A stretch of 64,000 nucleotides of DNA from Candidatus Poribacteria bacterium (GCA_965197475.1 CBDANF010000003.1:1056001-1120000), one strand, 5' to 3'; counted from the stretch's first letter, positions 19,969 through 29,615 are shown. Numbers and translations are program-made. Notes: a model not told the origin generated them from the sequence alone.

Positions 19969-21308
19969 TGTCTAAAACAAAACCGGAACCTGCAACAGCA
20001 GGAATAGAATCAAAACACACAACAGTTGGAAGTGTTTTTGTATCCAACTATCCCCCGTATTCTACATGGAATGATTCAACCGTTCCAGATGTGCACCGTG
20101 TCCTGGCTGAACAACCGCGTCCTGATGCCACGCTTGGACTTTATCTGCACATTCCGTTCTGTCGCAAACGTTGTAAATTCTGCTATTTTCGAGTATATAC
20201 CGACAAAAACAGTTCAGAAATTGACACGTACCTCAACGCGCTGGCGAAAGAGGTGGAACTATACAGCAGACAACCTGCAATTGCGGGAAGACCTTTGCGG
20301 TTTGTCTATTTCGGTGGTGGCACCCCCTCTTATATTAGTGTCAAGCATTTGACTACCTTAGTAGACAGGATCAAAAAGGTCATGCCATGGGATGCTGCCG
20401 AAGAGATCGCATTTGAATGTGAACCCGGCACGTTAACGCAAAAGAAATTAGAAGCCATAAAAGCAATCGGTGTAACCCGATTGAGTCTGGGTGTCGAGAA
20501 TTTGAATGACGAGATTCTTGCTGAAAACGGCAGAGCACACCTCTCAAAAGAGGTATACCGAATTGATCCTTGGATAAAGCAATTGGCATTCGATCAGGTT
20601 AACATTGACCTCATCTCAGGTATGATTGGGGAAACATGGGATAGTTGGCGCGAGACGGTGCGTAAGACAATTGAACTTGATCCCGACAGCATTACCGTCT
20701 ATCAGCTTGAGCTGCCCTTCAACACCGTCTATTCCAAAGACATTCTTGGAGGAGATGCATTGCCTGTTGCAGATTGGAAACTGAAGCGAGAATGGCATCA
20801 ATACGCTTTTGAGCAATTTGCGCAAGTCGGTTACGCACAATCAAGTGCTTACACAGTGCTAAAAAAAGACAAACCGTGTCAGTTTGTGTATCGTGATGCA
20901 GTCTGGCAGGGAAGCGATATGATAGGCACAGGCGTTGCATCATTTTCGCATCTCAGTGGGATTCATTTCCAAAATGCACCGTCATGGGGAGACTATCTCA
21001 GTAATCTTGAGGAAGATAAACTGCCTATCTGCCGTGCGCTGAAACCTACGGAATCGGAAAAATTGACGCGAGAGATGATTCTGCAACTCAAACTCGGAAA
21101 AATAAAGCCGTCCTATTTTCAAACCAAGTTCAACGCAGATATTCTAACACTTTATGCCGATGCTTATGAAAAACTGCAAAATGAAGGTATGTTGCGCTTT
21201 AACGCTGCTTCAGATGAGATCCAATTAACACAGCGCGGATTGCTGCAAGTTGACGGTCTTCTCCCTGCGTTCTACGCCCCAAAATACCAGAATACGCGAT
21301 ATACTTAG
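19968..21308 (+). CDS. HemN-like (class C) radical SAM protein
   Basis: YLHIPFCRKRCKFCYF, YFGGGTPS, RLSLGVE, NIDLI. Confidence 0.88.
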   Translation: MSKTKPEPATAGIESKHTTVGSVFVSNYPPYSTWNDSTVPDVHRVLAEQPRPDATLGLYLHIPFCRKRCKFCYFRVYTDKNSSEIDTYLNALAKEVELYSRQPAIAGRPLRFVYFGGGTPSYISVKHLTTLVDRIKKVMPWDAAEEIAFECEPGTLTQKKLEAIKAIGVTRLSLGVENLNDEILAENGRAHLSKEVYRIDPWIKQLAFDQVNIDLISGMIGETWDSWRETVRKTIELDPDSITVYQLELPFNTVYSKDILGGDALPVADWKLKREWHQYAFEQFAQVGYAQSSAYTVLKKDKPCQFVYRDAVWQGSDMIGTGVASFSHLSGIHFQNAPSWGDYLSNLEEDKLPICRALKPTESEKLTREMILQLKLGKIKPSYFQTKFNADILTLYADAYEKLQNEGMLRFNAASDEIQLTQRGLLQVDGLLPAFYAPKYQNTRYT

Positions 21309-21373
21309 AAGAATTAAATTCAGGAATTTGAGATAATCTATCAAAACTAGTCTCTGCCACTGAAGGAACAAAT

Positions 21374-21610
21374 ATGAATACTAAATTTATCGAATGTCAT
21401 CCCTCAATTATGATGGGTAAACCTGTTATTGCTGGCACTCGCATTCCTATTGAGTTAATTTTGGAAAAGTTTGCAGCAGGTGAGACAATTGAGCAATTGC
21501 TTGAGGAATATCCTCGTTTAACTCGCGAAGGCGTGCATGCAGCGTTTTATTTTGCAGCACAAGCTCTTCGTGCCGATGTTGTCTATCCAATCCTTGAAGA
21601 GACTCAATGA
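21374..21610 (+). CDS. DUF433 antitoxin-like protein
   Basis: GKPVIAGTRIPIELIL..GETIEQLLEEYPRL. Confidence 0.9.
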   Translation: MNTKFIECHPSIMMGKPVIAGTRIPIELILEKFAAGETIEQLLEEYPRLTREGVHAAFYFAAQALRADVVYPILEETQ

Positions 21611-21960
21611 ATTTAGTAGCAGACGAAAGTATTGGTAAGTCAATTGTGGCAGAACTTCGACGCAATGGTCACAACGTATTATACATTGCGAAGTTTGCCC
21701 CAAGTATTGATGATGAAACGGTGCTGTATCAAGCCAACCAAAACCGTGCCCTGCTGCTTACCGAAGATAAAGACTTTGGTGAGCTTGTCTACCGCCAAGG
21801 ACAAGTACACATGGGCATAGTACTTATTCGTCTTGCTGGTTTATCTCCACAAGCAAAAGCAAAAAGCATCTCAACAGTCTTTGCAGATCACGGACACGAA
21901 TTACTGCAAGCTTTTAGCGTTATCTCACCAGGAAGGGTTAGAATTCGTCAACTTCCTTAG
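21607..21960 (+). CDS. DUF5615 PIN-like toxin
   Basis: LVADESI...GHNV...DDETV...LLTEDKDFGEL; ATGA overlap with DUF433. Confidence 0.88.
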   Translation: MNLVADESIGKSIVAELRRNGHNVLYIAKFAPSIDDETVLYQANQNRALLLTEDKDFGELVYRQGQVHMGIVLIRLAGLSPQAKAKSISTVFADHGHELLQAFSVISPGRVRIRQLP

Positions 21961-22021
21961 TGATTAGACCTATACCAACCAATTTTAATCATCAGTTGCG
22001 TTAAACTATAATCTCAAAAGC

Positions 22022-23272
22022 ATGGATACAAAAACACAATTTCACCGTCTCCGCGAGATGATCGCCAAGGTATTAGAGACAAACGCCTTCTACAAGCAAA
22101 AACTCACCGAAGCCGGAATTATACATCCAAGCGATATCCAAACGTTTGCTGATTACCAGCAGACACCCTTTACCACAAAAGACGAACTCAGTGCTGATCA
22201 AGTATCTCATCCACCTTACGGCACAAATCTTACTTTTCCACTTGAGCAATACACCTGCCTACATCAGACCTCAGGCACAACGGGTTCACCCTTGCGATGG
22301 TTAGACACAAGAGAATCGTGGGACTGGTGGGGAAAGTGCTGGAGAGATATTTATACTGCTGCAGGCGTGACATCAGATGATCGTCTCATGATGACCTTCT
22401 CGTTCGGTCCGTTTATAGGTTTCTGGAGTGCTTATCATGGGGCACAACAGCTCGGCGCGCTCACAATTGCAAATGGCGGATTAACTTCGGATCAGCGGAT
22501 ACGTGCAATCCTAAGTAATGATGTAACAGTGGTAATTTGCACACCAACCTATGCGTTGCGACTCGCCGAAGTCGCTGAACAAGAGGGTGTTAACCTCAAC
22601 ACAGACTCTAAAGTTAGGATAACAATCCACGCTGGCGAACCCGGTGCAAGTTTACCTGCAACAAAACAGCGTATTGAGGATCGTTGGGGCGCGCGTGCTT
22701 ACGACCATGCAGGGGCAACCGAAGTTGGCGCGTGGGGTGTTATGTGCAGACCACAAGCAGGAGTCCACCTCAACGAAGATGAGTTTATCTGTGAAGTGCT
22801 TGATCCTGAAACGGGTAATCCGTCAGACGAAGGGGAGTTAGTCATCACAAATTTAGGTCGGATCGGTATGCCGGTGATTCGCTATCGTACAGGTGATTAT
22901 GTTAAACTCAAATCGGCACCATGCGAATGTGGTAGTCAGCACCGCACCCTTGATGGTGGTGTCATCGGACGGTTAGACAATGCTATTATCATTCGCGGTT
23001 TGAATGTATATCCTGCTACGATTGAAAACATTATCCTTAAGTTTCCGGATGTAACTGAATTCGCTGTTCGTGCCTACCGAACAGAAACGCTTGATGAACT
23101 TGAAATTCAGATTGAAACTACAAACTTGAAACATGGTGATACTGCAACTGCTGTTAGCAACGCTATTCGGAATGCTTTAGGTTTACGCACAATCGTAAAA
23201 GCAGTACCGCCTGGATCTCTACCGAGATATGAGCTCAAATCAAAGCGATTCACCGATGAGCGTTACTTGTAA
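22022..23272 (+). CDS. Phenylacetate-CoA ligase-like (PaaK family) AMP-binding enzyme
   Basis: QTSGTTGSP, AGEPG, YDHAGATE, IRYRTGD, GRLD..IIRGLNVYP. Confidence 0.88.
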   Translation: MDTKTQFHRLREMIAKVLETNAFYKQKLTEAGIIHPSDIQTFADYQQTPFTTKDELSADQVSHPPYGTNLTFPLEQYTCLHQTSGTTGSPLRWLDTRESWDWWGKCWRDIYTAAGVTSDDRLMMTFSFGPFIGFWSAYHGAQQLGALTIANGGLTSDQRIRAILSNDVTVVICTPTYALRLAEVAEQEGVNLNTDSKVRITIHAGEPGASLPATKQRIEDRWGARAYDHAGATEVGAWGVMCRPQAGVHLNEDEFICEVLDPETGNPSDEGELVITNLGRIGMPVIRYRTGDYVKLKSAPCECGSQHRTLDGGVIGRLDNAIIIRGLNVYPATIENIILKFPDVTEFAVRAYRTETLDELEIQIETTNLKHGDTATAVSNAIRNALGLRTIVKAVPPGSLPRYELKSKRFTDERYL

Positions 23273-23287
23273 TGAGAAGTATTTTCC

Positions 23288-23317
23288 TTGACAACTCAAA
23301 CCTTGAAAGGCTATAAT
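23288..23317 (+). promoter_or_regulatory. Consensus sigma70 promoter
   Basis: TTGACA-18bp-TATAAT. Confidence 0.6.
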
Positions 23318-23329
23318 TATTTAGAGTTG

Positions 23330-23581
23330 ATGACTAAAATGGTAGGCTATGAACTTGATGAAATTCACAGGATCCGCCGAGAAATCTTTGAGAAGTTCAA
23401 CTAGGATATTGACAAACTAGTAGCGCACTATGAAAAATAAGATGAAGAATTTCAGAAGTCTGGCGGATACAAGTTTGTGGATCCACTACCAGAAAAACCA
23501 ACACCCACGAAAACGGAAAATGGAAAAGCGCAGATTAAGTTTGTGGTTTTACTCAATAACTCGGAAACGTATTTGTTATAA
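23330..23581 (+). pseudogene. Small antitoxin-like gene with two in-frame stops
   Basis: MTKMVGYELDEIHRIRREIFEKFN*DIDKLVAHYEK*... Confidence 0.45.
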
Positions 23582-23661
23582 TATTTGCGTTGATTCGAAA
23601 AAATCCCAATTTATGGATGCGCTTTTGTAAGTGTAATTTGAAAAATGTTAGGAGAATTATA

Positions 23662-23931
23662 ATGCAATACACCGATGATACATCTGAAGTTATCGCCGAG
23701 CACGGTGAAGCACTCTATCAGCAAAAAATACGTGACAAAGTTGAATCAGCATACAAAGGAAAGTTCTTAGCGATTGACATTGAAACGGGTGACTATGCAA
23801 TTGCTGATGAAGATTTGGTAGCTACAGACCGTCTTCTTGCGAAACGTCCTAATGCTACTGTCTATGGTCTACGAATCGGATTTCCCACCGCCTATCGAAT
23901 CGGTTTTAAGATTTCGGTTTCAACACAATGA
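23662..23931 (+). CDS. Small DUF5678-like protein (usually paired with retropepsin-like proteases)
   Basis: GEALYQQKIR..YKGKFLAIDIETGDY...LRIG; AGGAG RBS. Confidence 0.6.
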   Translation: MQYTDDTSEVIAEHGEALYQQKIRDKVESAYKGKFLAIDIETGDYAIADEDLVATDRLLAKRPNATVYGLRIGFPTAYRIGFKISVSTQ

Positions 23932-24286
23932 TTTTAGGGAAAATCACAGAGAATCAAGAAGCTATCATTGAATTGGAAGTTGTTGACTCAAATTGGCAGG
24001 AGAAAATTAAAGTTGCCATTGACATAGGCTTTGATGGTTATTTGACACTACCTCTTAATTTAATAAACCGTCTTAAGCTCCGACGGACTGGGCATAGACA
24101 AGCGATGGGAATATGGTAGTCTTTGAGTTGTACCGTGCGAATGTGTTATGGCATGGCACAGAACTCGAAGTGCCTGTTCTGCGTACAGACGGTGGGCCGT
24201 TAGTTGGAATGGCACTGTAAAACGGAAATCGTGTTACATTAGATGTTATAAAAGATGGAGATGTCAAGATTGAAGTTTTGACCTAA
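23928..24286 (+). pseudogene. Clan AA (retropepsin-like) aspartic protease pseudogene
   Basis: IDIGFDGYLTLP (degenerate DTG) then a frame change to DGNMVVFELY...PLVGMAL*. Confidence 0.7.
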
Positions 24287-24417
24287 GTTGTAACGAAGAT
24301 CGCATCTGGTTAGCGAATCTACCACGAGAAAAGCCAGAACTCACGAAAACGGTAGACGAAAAATCAGAAAATTAATTTGTGAATTTTCCGTTTCAGGAAA
24401 CTGTAGCTAAAACTATA

Positions 24418-26481
24418 ATGTCAAAACTTTTAGACGGATTAAACCCTTTACAACGAGAAGCTGTTACACATAAATTAGGTCCCCTCTTAATTATTGCAGG
24501 ACCCGGATCAGGTAAAACGCGGACAGTTGTTCATTCTATCGCTTACGCCATAGAAAATGGGGTGATGCCTGAATGGATTTTGGCGTTTAGTTTCACCGTG
24601 AAAGCTTGTAAGGAGTTGAGAAATCGAGTAAAAGAAATTGTGGGAAAAGAAAAAGGAGATATCGTTAATATATCTACATTTCATAGTCTCTGTCGGCAGG
24701 TTTTAAAAGAAGATATTGATAGACTCAATAGAAGTTACGTACGGGATTTTAAATCATTAGACGAAAATGGTCAGATAAAAATTGTTAAACAGTTAACGCG
24801 CACTAATGAACAGCGGGTGCGCGCCGAGATTGAGTATATACAATCTCATGAATTTCCTAATCCTGGCGAGATTCTTAATTTTACAAAAAAATGCAAAGCG
24901 AGAGAAATTAGTCCATCGGATGCTGCTCCTCATGCCCCTGAGCTTCACATGTCGGAGGTTTATGTAGAGATTTACGAACTTTATGAACAGCGTCTTCAGT
25001 ATGAGGGATGGATTGATTACGAGAGCCAGCAGATTTTCACTAATGAACTTTTTAGAAATGTCCCAGAAGTTAAGACTAAATGGCAAAATAGGTTTAAACT
25101 TATTTTCGTTGATGAATACCAAGACACTGACCCTATTCAATATCGAATTGTAAAAACTCTGGCAGAATCCCATCAGAATTTGCGGGTTGTTGGTGATGAT
25201 GACCAAGGGATTTACGGATGGCGGGGAGCTGACATCCAAAATATATTAAACTTTGAGAAAGACTATCAGCACGCTAAGGTAATTTCGCTCGGACAAAACT
25301 ATCGTTCGACAAAGAACATAGTTGCGGCATCCCGTGCTTTAGCGGACTTTAATCCAGATAGGCGAGATAAAGAACTGTTTACGCGGAACTTTGAAGGTAA
25401 GAAAGTAAAACACCTCCACTGTGAAAGTGATGAAGAAGAAGCTTCTACTATTGCGACCTTTGTCCATCGTGCTATTGATCAAGGCGGTCAATCTCCAAGC
25501 GATTTTGCTGTGCTATACCGCACCAAAAAACAAGCAGACGTTTTTAAAAACGCTTTCAAAGAGTTAGGAATTCGGTATCATATAGTTCCGGACTCTTCAG
25601 ATACGAACACAACTGGTGTATCTATGCTGACAATCCATAAATCCAAAGGTTTGGAATTTCCTAACGTGTTTGTTGTAGGTATATGTGAAGAGTTATTACC
25701 CCATTATTACAGTAGGGATGAAAAAGATTGGGATGAGGAACTCCGACTACTTTACGTGGCGATGACTCGAGCGAAAAACTGGTTATGTTTATCTTCTTAT
25801 GAAAAAGACGGGTACAAACAGCGCGGACAATCCCCATTCTTGAAACGCAAGTACATCCCAGCAAACCTTCTTGAATCCATATCAACGCTACAGGATACCC
25901 AGATACCACCAGCACCTGAGGAGATGAACGCTCCTCAGGAACCATTCAACTATATTGAGCCGCTTCCTGAGCAACTACTTGGGGATGGCATGACTGTCAT
26001 CGGCGTTGACCCTGGAAATATTGGTACTCGGAATACAAATGTAGGTTGGTCAGTTACGCAAAAAACCTCTGATGGATATTCTGTTCTTCGCTTTGGCACT
26101 GAGAGACCTACAGGAACTCCAGAAAACAAACTTAGACAGATAGAACGGAAAATAAATGCGTTGATACAGTCCCCATCAAATCGACCGTATGCTATTGCAG
26201 TTGAGAAACTTGAAGTTGCAACAGAGGAAGCGAGAAGGGAATGGTTCTTGTATGTCGCGGCGTGTGTAGCAACTGTAAGAAGTATCGCTGACAAGGAGGG
26301 CATAGAATGTCGATCTATACGCCGCAGCACGTTAAATATGCTGCTACGGACAATAGAAAGGCATCTAAGGAAGATGTCCAGAAGGCTGTCAAGCGAATGT
26401 GTAACCTCCAGCAAATTCCAGAACCACATCATTCTGCGGATGCAATCGCGACAAGTCTTTGCTACCTCAGAAGTTATCTAA
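24418..26481 (+). CDS. UvrD/PcrA-like SF1 helicase (no 2B subdomain) fused to the N-terminal half of a RuvC-like nuclease
   Basis: LNPLQ, AGPGSGKT, VDEYQD, VGDDDQGIYGWRGA, QNYRS, TIHKSKGLEF, EELRLLYVAMTRAK; then VIGVDPG...GWSV...AIAVEK. Confidence 0.9.
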   Translation: MSKLLDGLNPLQREAVTHKLGPLLIIAGPGSGKTRTVVHSIAYAIENGVMPEWILAFSFTVKACKELRNRVKEIVGKEKGDIVNISTFHSLCRQVLKEDIDRLNRSYVRDFKSLDENGQIKIVKQLTRTNEQRVRAEIEYIQSHEFPNPGEILNFTKKCKAREISPSDAAPHAPELHMSEVYVEIYELYEQRLQYEGWIDYESQQIFTNELFRNVPEVKTKWQNRFKLIFVDEYQDTDPIQYRIVKTLAESHQNLRVVGDDDQGIYGWRGADIQNILNFEKDYQHAKVISLGQNYRSTKNIVAASRALADFNPDRRDKELFTRNFEGKKVKHLHCESDEEEASTIATFVHRAIDQGGQSPSDFAVLYRTKKQADVFKNAFKELGIRYHIVPDSSDTNTTGVSMLTIHKSKGLEFPNVFVVGICEELLPHYYSRDEKDWDEELRLLYVAMTRAKNWLCLSSYEKDGYKQRGQSPFLKRKYIPANLLESISTLQDTQIPPAPEEMNAPQEPFNYIEPLPEQLLGDGMTVIGVDPGNIGTRNTNVGWSVTQKTSDGYSVLRFGTERPTGTPENKLRQIERKINALIQSPSNRPYAIAVEKLEVATEEARREWFLYVAACVATVRSIADKEGIECRSIRRSTLNMLLRTIERHLRKMSRRLSSECVTSSKFQNHIILRMQSRQVFATSEVI

Positions 26482-28220
26482 ACTCTTCCCGCTTTGAAGG
26501 CAATAAACGAAAAATGGAACGGTATGAAACGGGTTGTGATTACATAGACAAAAGACAATTTGATGCAGCAATTGATGAATTCATGGAAACACTATACATA
26601 GATCCTATTTATACAGATGCGTACGTCGGCAAGGGTCGTGTACACCTTGCACAAAACAATATTGAAGCAGCAGAAAACACAGCTGAAAAAGCCTTAAGAC
26701 TTACAGATAATTTTCATCCAGATTCACAGAAGCTATTGAATGCTATAAGAAAATACCACTCTGGCTGTAGTTCCTTGAAAAATAGCGAATGGAATATTGC
26801 GATAGACAACTTCAAGGAATCTATAAACCAAGAACCTATTTTTACTGAAGCACACTGTGGACTCAGTCAGGCATACCTTAATGTAGGTAATCTGGAAGTT
26901 GCCAGAAATGCAGCCGAAGAAGCCTTAAGACTCATAAATGACTATCAACCTGCCCGGGAACTTTTGGTTGAGATAAAAATGAGACATTACAACAATGGCA
27001 AGATTTGCTTCAATCGTGAAGAATATCAACAAGCAATATTTGAATTTCATAATGCAGTGGATATTGACCAAGATTTTAAGGGTGCTCATCGGTTCATTGG
27101 TGAGGTATATTTGAAATTGGTTGAACTTGATAAAGCAGAAAAAAGCGTAAGGGAAGCATTACGGATTGATTCTACCTATCAACAAGCCCATGAACTTTTA
27201 AAAAAAATTAAATATAAACACAAAGAGCAAGGAGATGTACATCAGAAAAGAAATGCCTATTCTGATGCAGTAAAATCTTATGAACATGCAATAAGAATTG
27301 ATGATAAATATAGAAATGCCTATAACAGCCTTGGTATTGTTTATAGAAAAATGAAGGAATATAACAAATCAATAAGTGCTTATCAGAAAGCAATAAACAT
27401 TGATGAAAGTTGTCATGTAGTCAATACTAATCTCAGCATTGTTTATCTCGATATTAGTGAATACTCTAAGGCAGTAAAATCACTAAAACGTGCAATTACG
27501 ATTAAACCCGATTATCAAGTCGCATACTATTACCTAGCTAGTACTTACTTCAAAATGGAAAATCTAACAGAGGCAAGTGAAACAGTGCTTGAGGCTTTAA
27601 GGCTTGATTCCAATGATCCGTTCACTCTTAAACTTGTAATGAATATCCAGGACACTTATTTGAAACAAGGTCAAGATTCTTTTAATCAGGAGAATCTCGC
27701 TGCAGCAGAAAATGAAGCACGGAAGGCATTACGACTTGATCCAAACTATGAGCATGCAACCTGTCTTATGGTCTCTATAAAAGAAGAATATTATAGGCGT
27801 GGTTCAACATCTCTTAAACAGAACGAATGGATACCAGCAGAAACATGTGCAAAAGAAGCATTGAGAATTGACCCAAACTATCAACTTGCATCTGACCTCT
27901 TAAAACAAACGTATTATGAACAAGGCGTTAATCATATAAAAAACAACAGATATGTAGAAGGTATAAACATACTTCAAAAAGCAAACAATATCAGGACAAA
28001 TTGTGAAAAAACGTACTATAATCTTGGATGGGCTTACTACAAACTGAGCAGATTGAAAGAAGCACAGCTATCGGTCAAACAAGCATTATCAATTGAACCA
28101 AATTATCTTCAGGCCAATGCACTTCTGTCTGAGATAAATCATCCCCGCAATTGGTTGAAATTAGGAGTGGCAAATGTGCGACATTTTACCCGTAGGATAT
28201 TAAAACTGAATCAGGATTGA
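26307..28220 (+). CDS. C-terminal half of RuvC-like domain plus long TPR array
   Basis: YTPQHVK.AATDNRKASKEDVQ..V...PEPHHSADAIA followed by many TPR repeats (AYNSLGIVY, ALRIDPNY). Confidence 0.85.
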   Translation: MSIYTPQHVKYAATDNRKASKEDVQKAVKRMCNLQQIPEPHHSADAIATSLCYLRSYLNSSRFEGNKRKMERYETGCDYIDKRQFDAAIDEFMETLYIDPIYTDAYVGKGRVHLAQNNIEAAENTAEKALRLTDNFHPDSQKLLNAIRKYHSGCSSLKNSEWNIAIDNFKESINQEPIFTEAHCGLSQAYLNVGNLEVARNAAEEALRLINDYQPARELLVEIKMRHYNNGKICFNREEYQQAIFEFHNAVDIDQDFKGAHRFIGEVYLKLVELDKAEKSVREALRIDSTYQQAHELLKKIKYKHKEQGDVHQKRNAYSDAVKSYEHAIRIDDKYRNAYNSLGIVYRKMKEYNKSISAYQKAINIDESCHVVNTNLSIVYLDISEYSKAVKSLKRAITIKPDYQVAYYYLASTYFKMENLTEASETVLEALRLDSNDPFTLKLVMNIQDTYLKQGQDSFNQENLAAAENEARKALRLDPNYEHATCLMVSIKEEYYRRGSTSLKQNEWIPAETCAKEALRIDPNYQLASDLLKQTYYEQGVNHIKNNRYVEGINILQKANNIRTNCEKTYYNLGWAYYKLSRLKEAQLSVKQALSIEPNYLQANALLSEINHPRNWLKLGVANVRHFTRRILKLNQD

Positions 28221-28322
28221 AGGAAAATGAAATTAGATACTGGACATCCAATTGATATTGACAATTCTGATCAAGTCTCTAATCGTTGAAACTCAGAATT
28301 ACAATTTGCACAGAAAACAAAA

Positions 28323-29615
28323 ATGAACAAACACCAAAACTACGACACCATCATTATCGGCGGCGGACCCGCAGGAAGCACCGCTGCCACGCTAATCGCT
28401 CAGCAGGGCTACCGTGTGCTACTCTTGGAGCGTGACGCAGAACCGACCTTCAAAATCGGTGAATCGTTGATTCCTGCCACATACTGGACTTTCAAACGAC
28501 TCGGCATGCTTGACAAACTGAGAACGAGTCATTTCCCACAGAAGTTCAGTGTACAATTTTTTACACGCACGGGCAAAGCTACCACTCCATTCTACTTCTT
28601 TGAAACCAATCCACATGAAAGTGCTGTCACATGGCAGGTCCTGCGCAGCGAATTTGACCAGATGCTTTTGGACAACGCAATAGAAAAAGGGGTAGAGGTA
28701 AGACGAGGTGTTAGTGTCCGCAAAGTGATTTTTGAAGGAGATAAGGCGATAGGTGTTGCTGCACAGAACGGAAAGAATGATCATGCACAGGCAAGTAATA
28801 ACCTCGAAACAATAAACGGAAATGTCATTGTGGATTCAACTGGGCAGCGTTCTCTCATTGGGAGGCAGCTAAACCTCAATACCATAGAACCGAACCTGAA
28901 AAAGGCATCCCTCTTTACCCACTACGAAGGTGGGCATCGCGACGAAGGAATTGACGAAGGTGCTACCCTTATCATGCATACTGAGGATAAAGAGTCATGG
29001 TTTTGGTCAATACCGCTTCCATACAACCGCACCAGCATTGGCGTTGTCGGTGAGTTGGACTCCCTCCTCCAAAATCGCAGGGAACCTGATGGTAAACTCA
29101 ACGCACAAAAAATCTTCAACGAAGAATTGGAGAAATGTCAACCTTTGAAGCAACGACTTGAAGGTGCAAAGCAACTTTTTCCTATTCAGACGACAAAGGA
29201 TTTCTCGTATCGTGCGAGTCGAATCGCAGGCGATAATTGGGTGTTGATAGGCGATGCATTCGGATTTTTAGACCCTGTGTATTCAACAGGTCTGTTTTTA
29301 GCACTCAAATCAGGTGAAATGGCAGCAGATGTAATTATTGAAGCATTCCGAGAAAATGACTTTTCTGAAAAACAATTGGGAAGTTTCGGAAAAACGTTTG
29401 TTGATGGTATGGAAGCGTTTCGGAAACTTGTCTACGCTTTTTATACCAAAGAATTTAGTTTTGCGCGATTTCTATCAGAATATCCAGAGCATCTTGGCGG
29501 CATCGTTGATATTTTAAGTGGAGATGTCTACAGGCGGGACGTAACCTACATCTTTCCAGACATGTCAAAGACGTGTTATTTTCCGCCTGAGGTGCCGCTT
29601 GGGTCATCTGCGTAA
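28323..29615 (+). CDS. FAD-dependent oxidoreductase, flavin-dependent halogenase-like
   Basis: IIGGGPAG, KIGES, WFWSIP (WxWxIP), GDAFGFLDPVYSTG. Confidence 0.8.
   Translation: MNKHQNYDTIIIGGGPAGSTAATLIAQQGYRVLLLERDAEPTFKIGESLIPATYWTFKRLGMLDKLRTSHFPQKFSVQFFTRTGKATTPFYFFETNPHESAVTWQVLRSEFDQMLLDNAIEKGVEVRRGVSVRKVIFEGDKAIGVAAQNGKNDHAQASNNLETINGNVIVDSTGQRSLIGRQLNLNTIEPNLKKASLFTHYEGGHRDEGIDEGATLIMHTEDKESWFWSIPLPYNRTSIGVVGELDSLLQNRREPDGKLNAQKIFNEELEKCQPLKQRLEGAKQLFPIQTTKDFSYRASRIAGDNWVLIGDAFGFLDPVYSTGLFLALKSGEMAADVIIEAFRENDFSEKQLGSFGKTFVDGMEAFRKLVYAFYTKEFSFARFLSEYPEHLGGIVDILSGDVYRRDVTYIFPDMSKTCYFPPEVPLGSSA

Noticed and set aside
19968-21308. Calling the radical SAM gene hemN
   Set aside because: The family is functionally diverse and there is no heme-pathway context
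23330-23581. Stop-codon readthrough or alternative genetic code
   Set aside because: Both TAG and TAA interrupt the frame and other genes use all three stops normally; simple decay is more likely
25990-26480. RuvC domain as a Cas9/Cas12/TnpB/IscB effector
   Set aside because: Motifs match compact cellular RuvC resolvase; no bridge helix, zinc finger, array or IS ends seen
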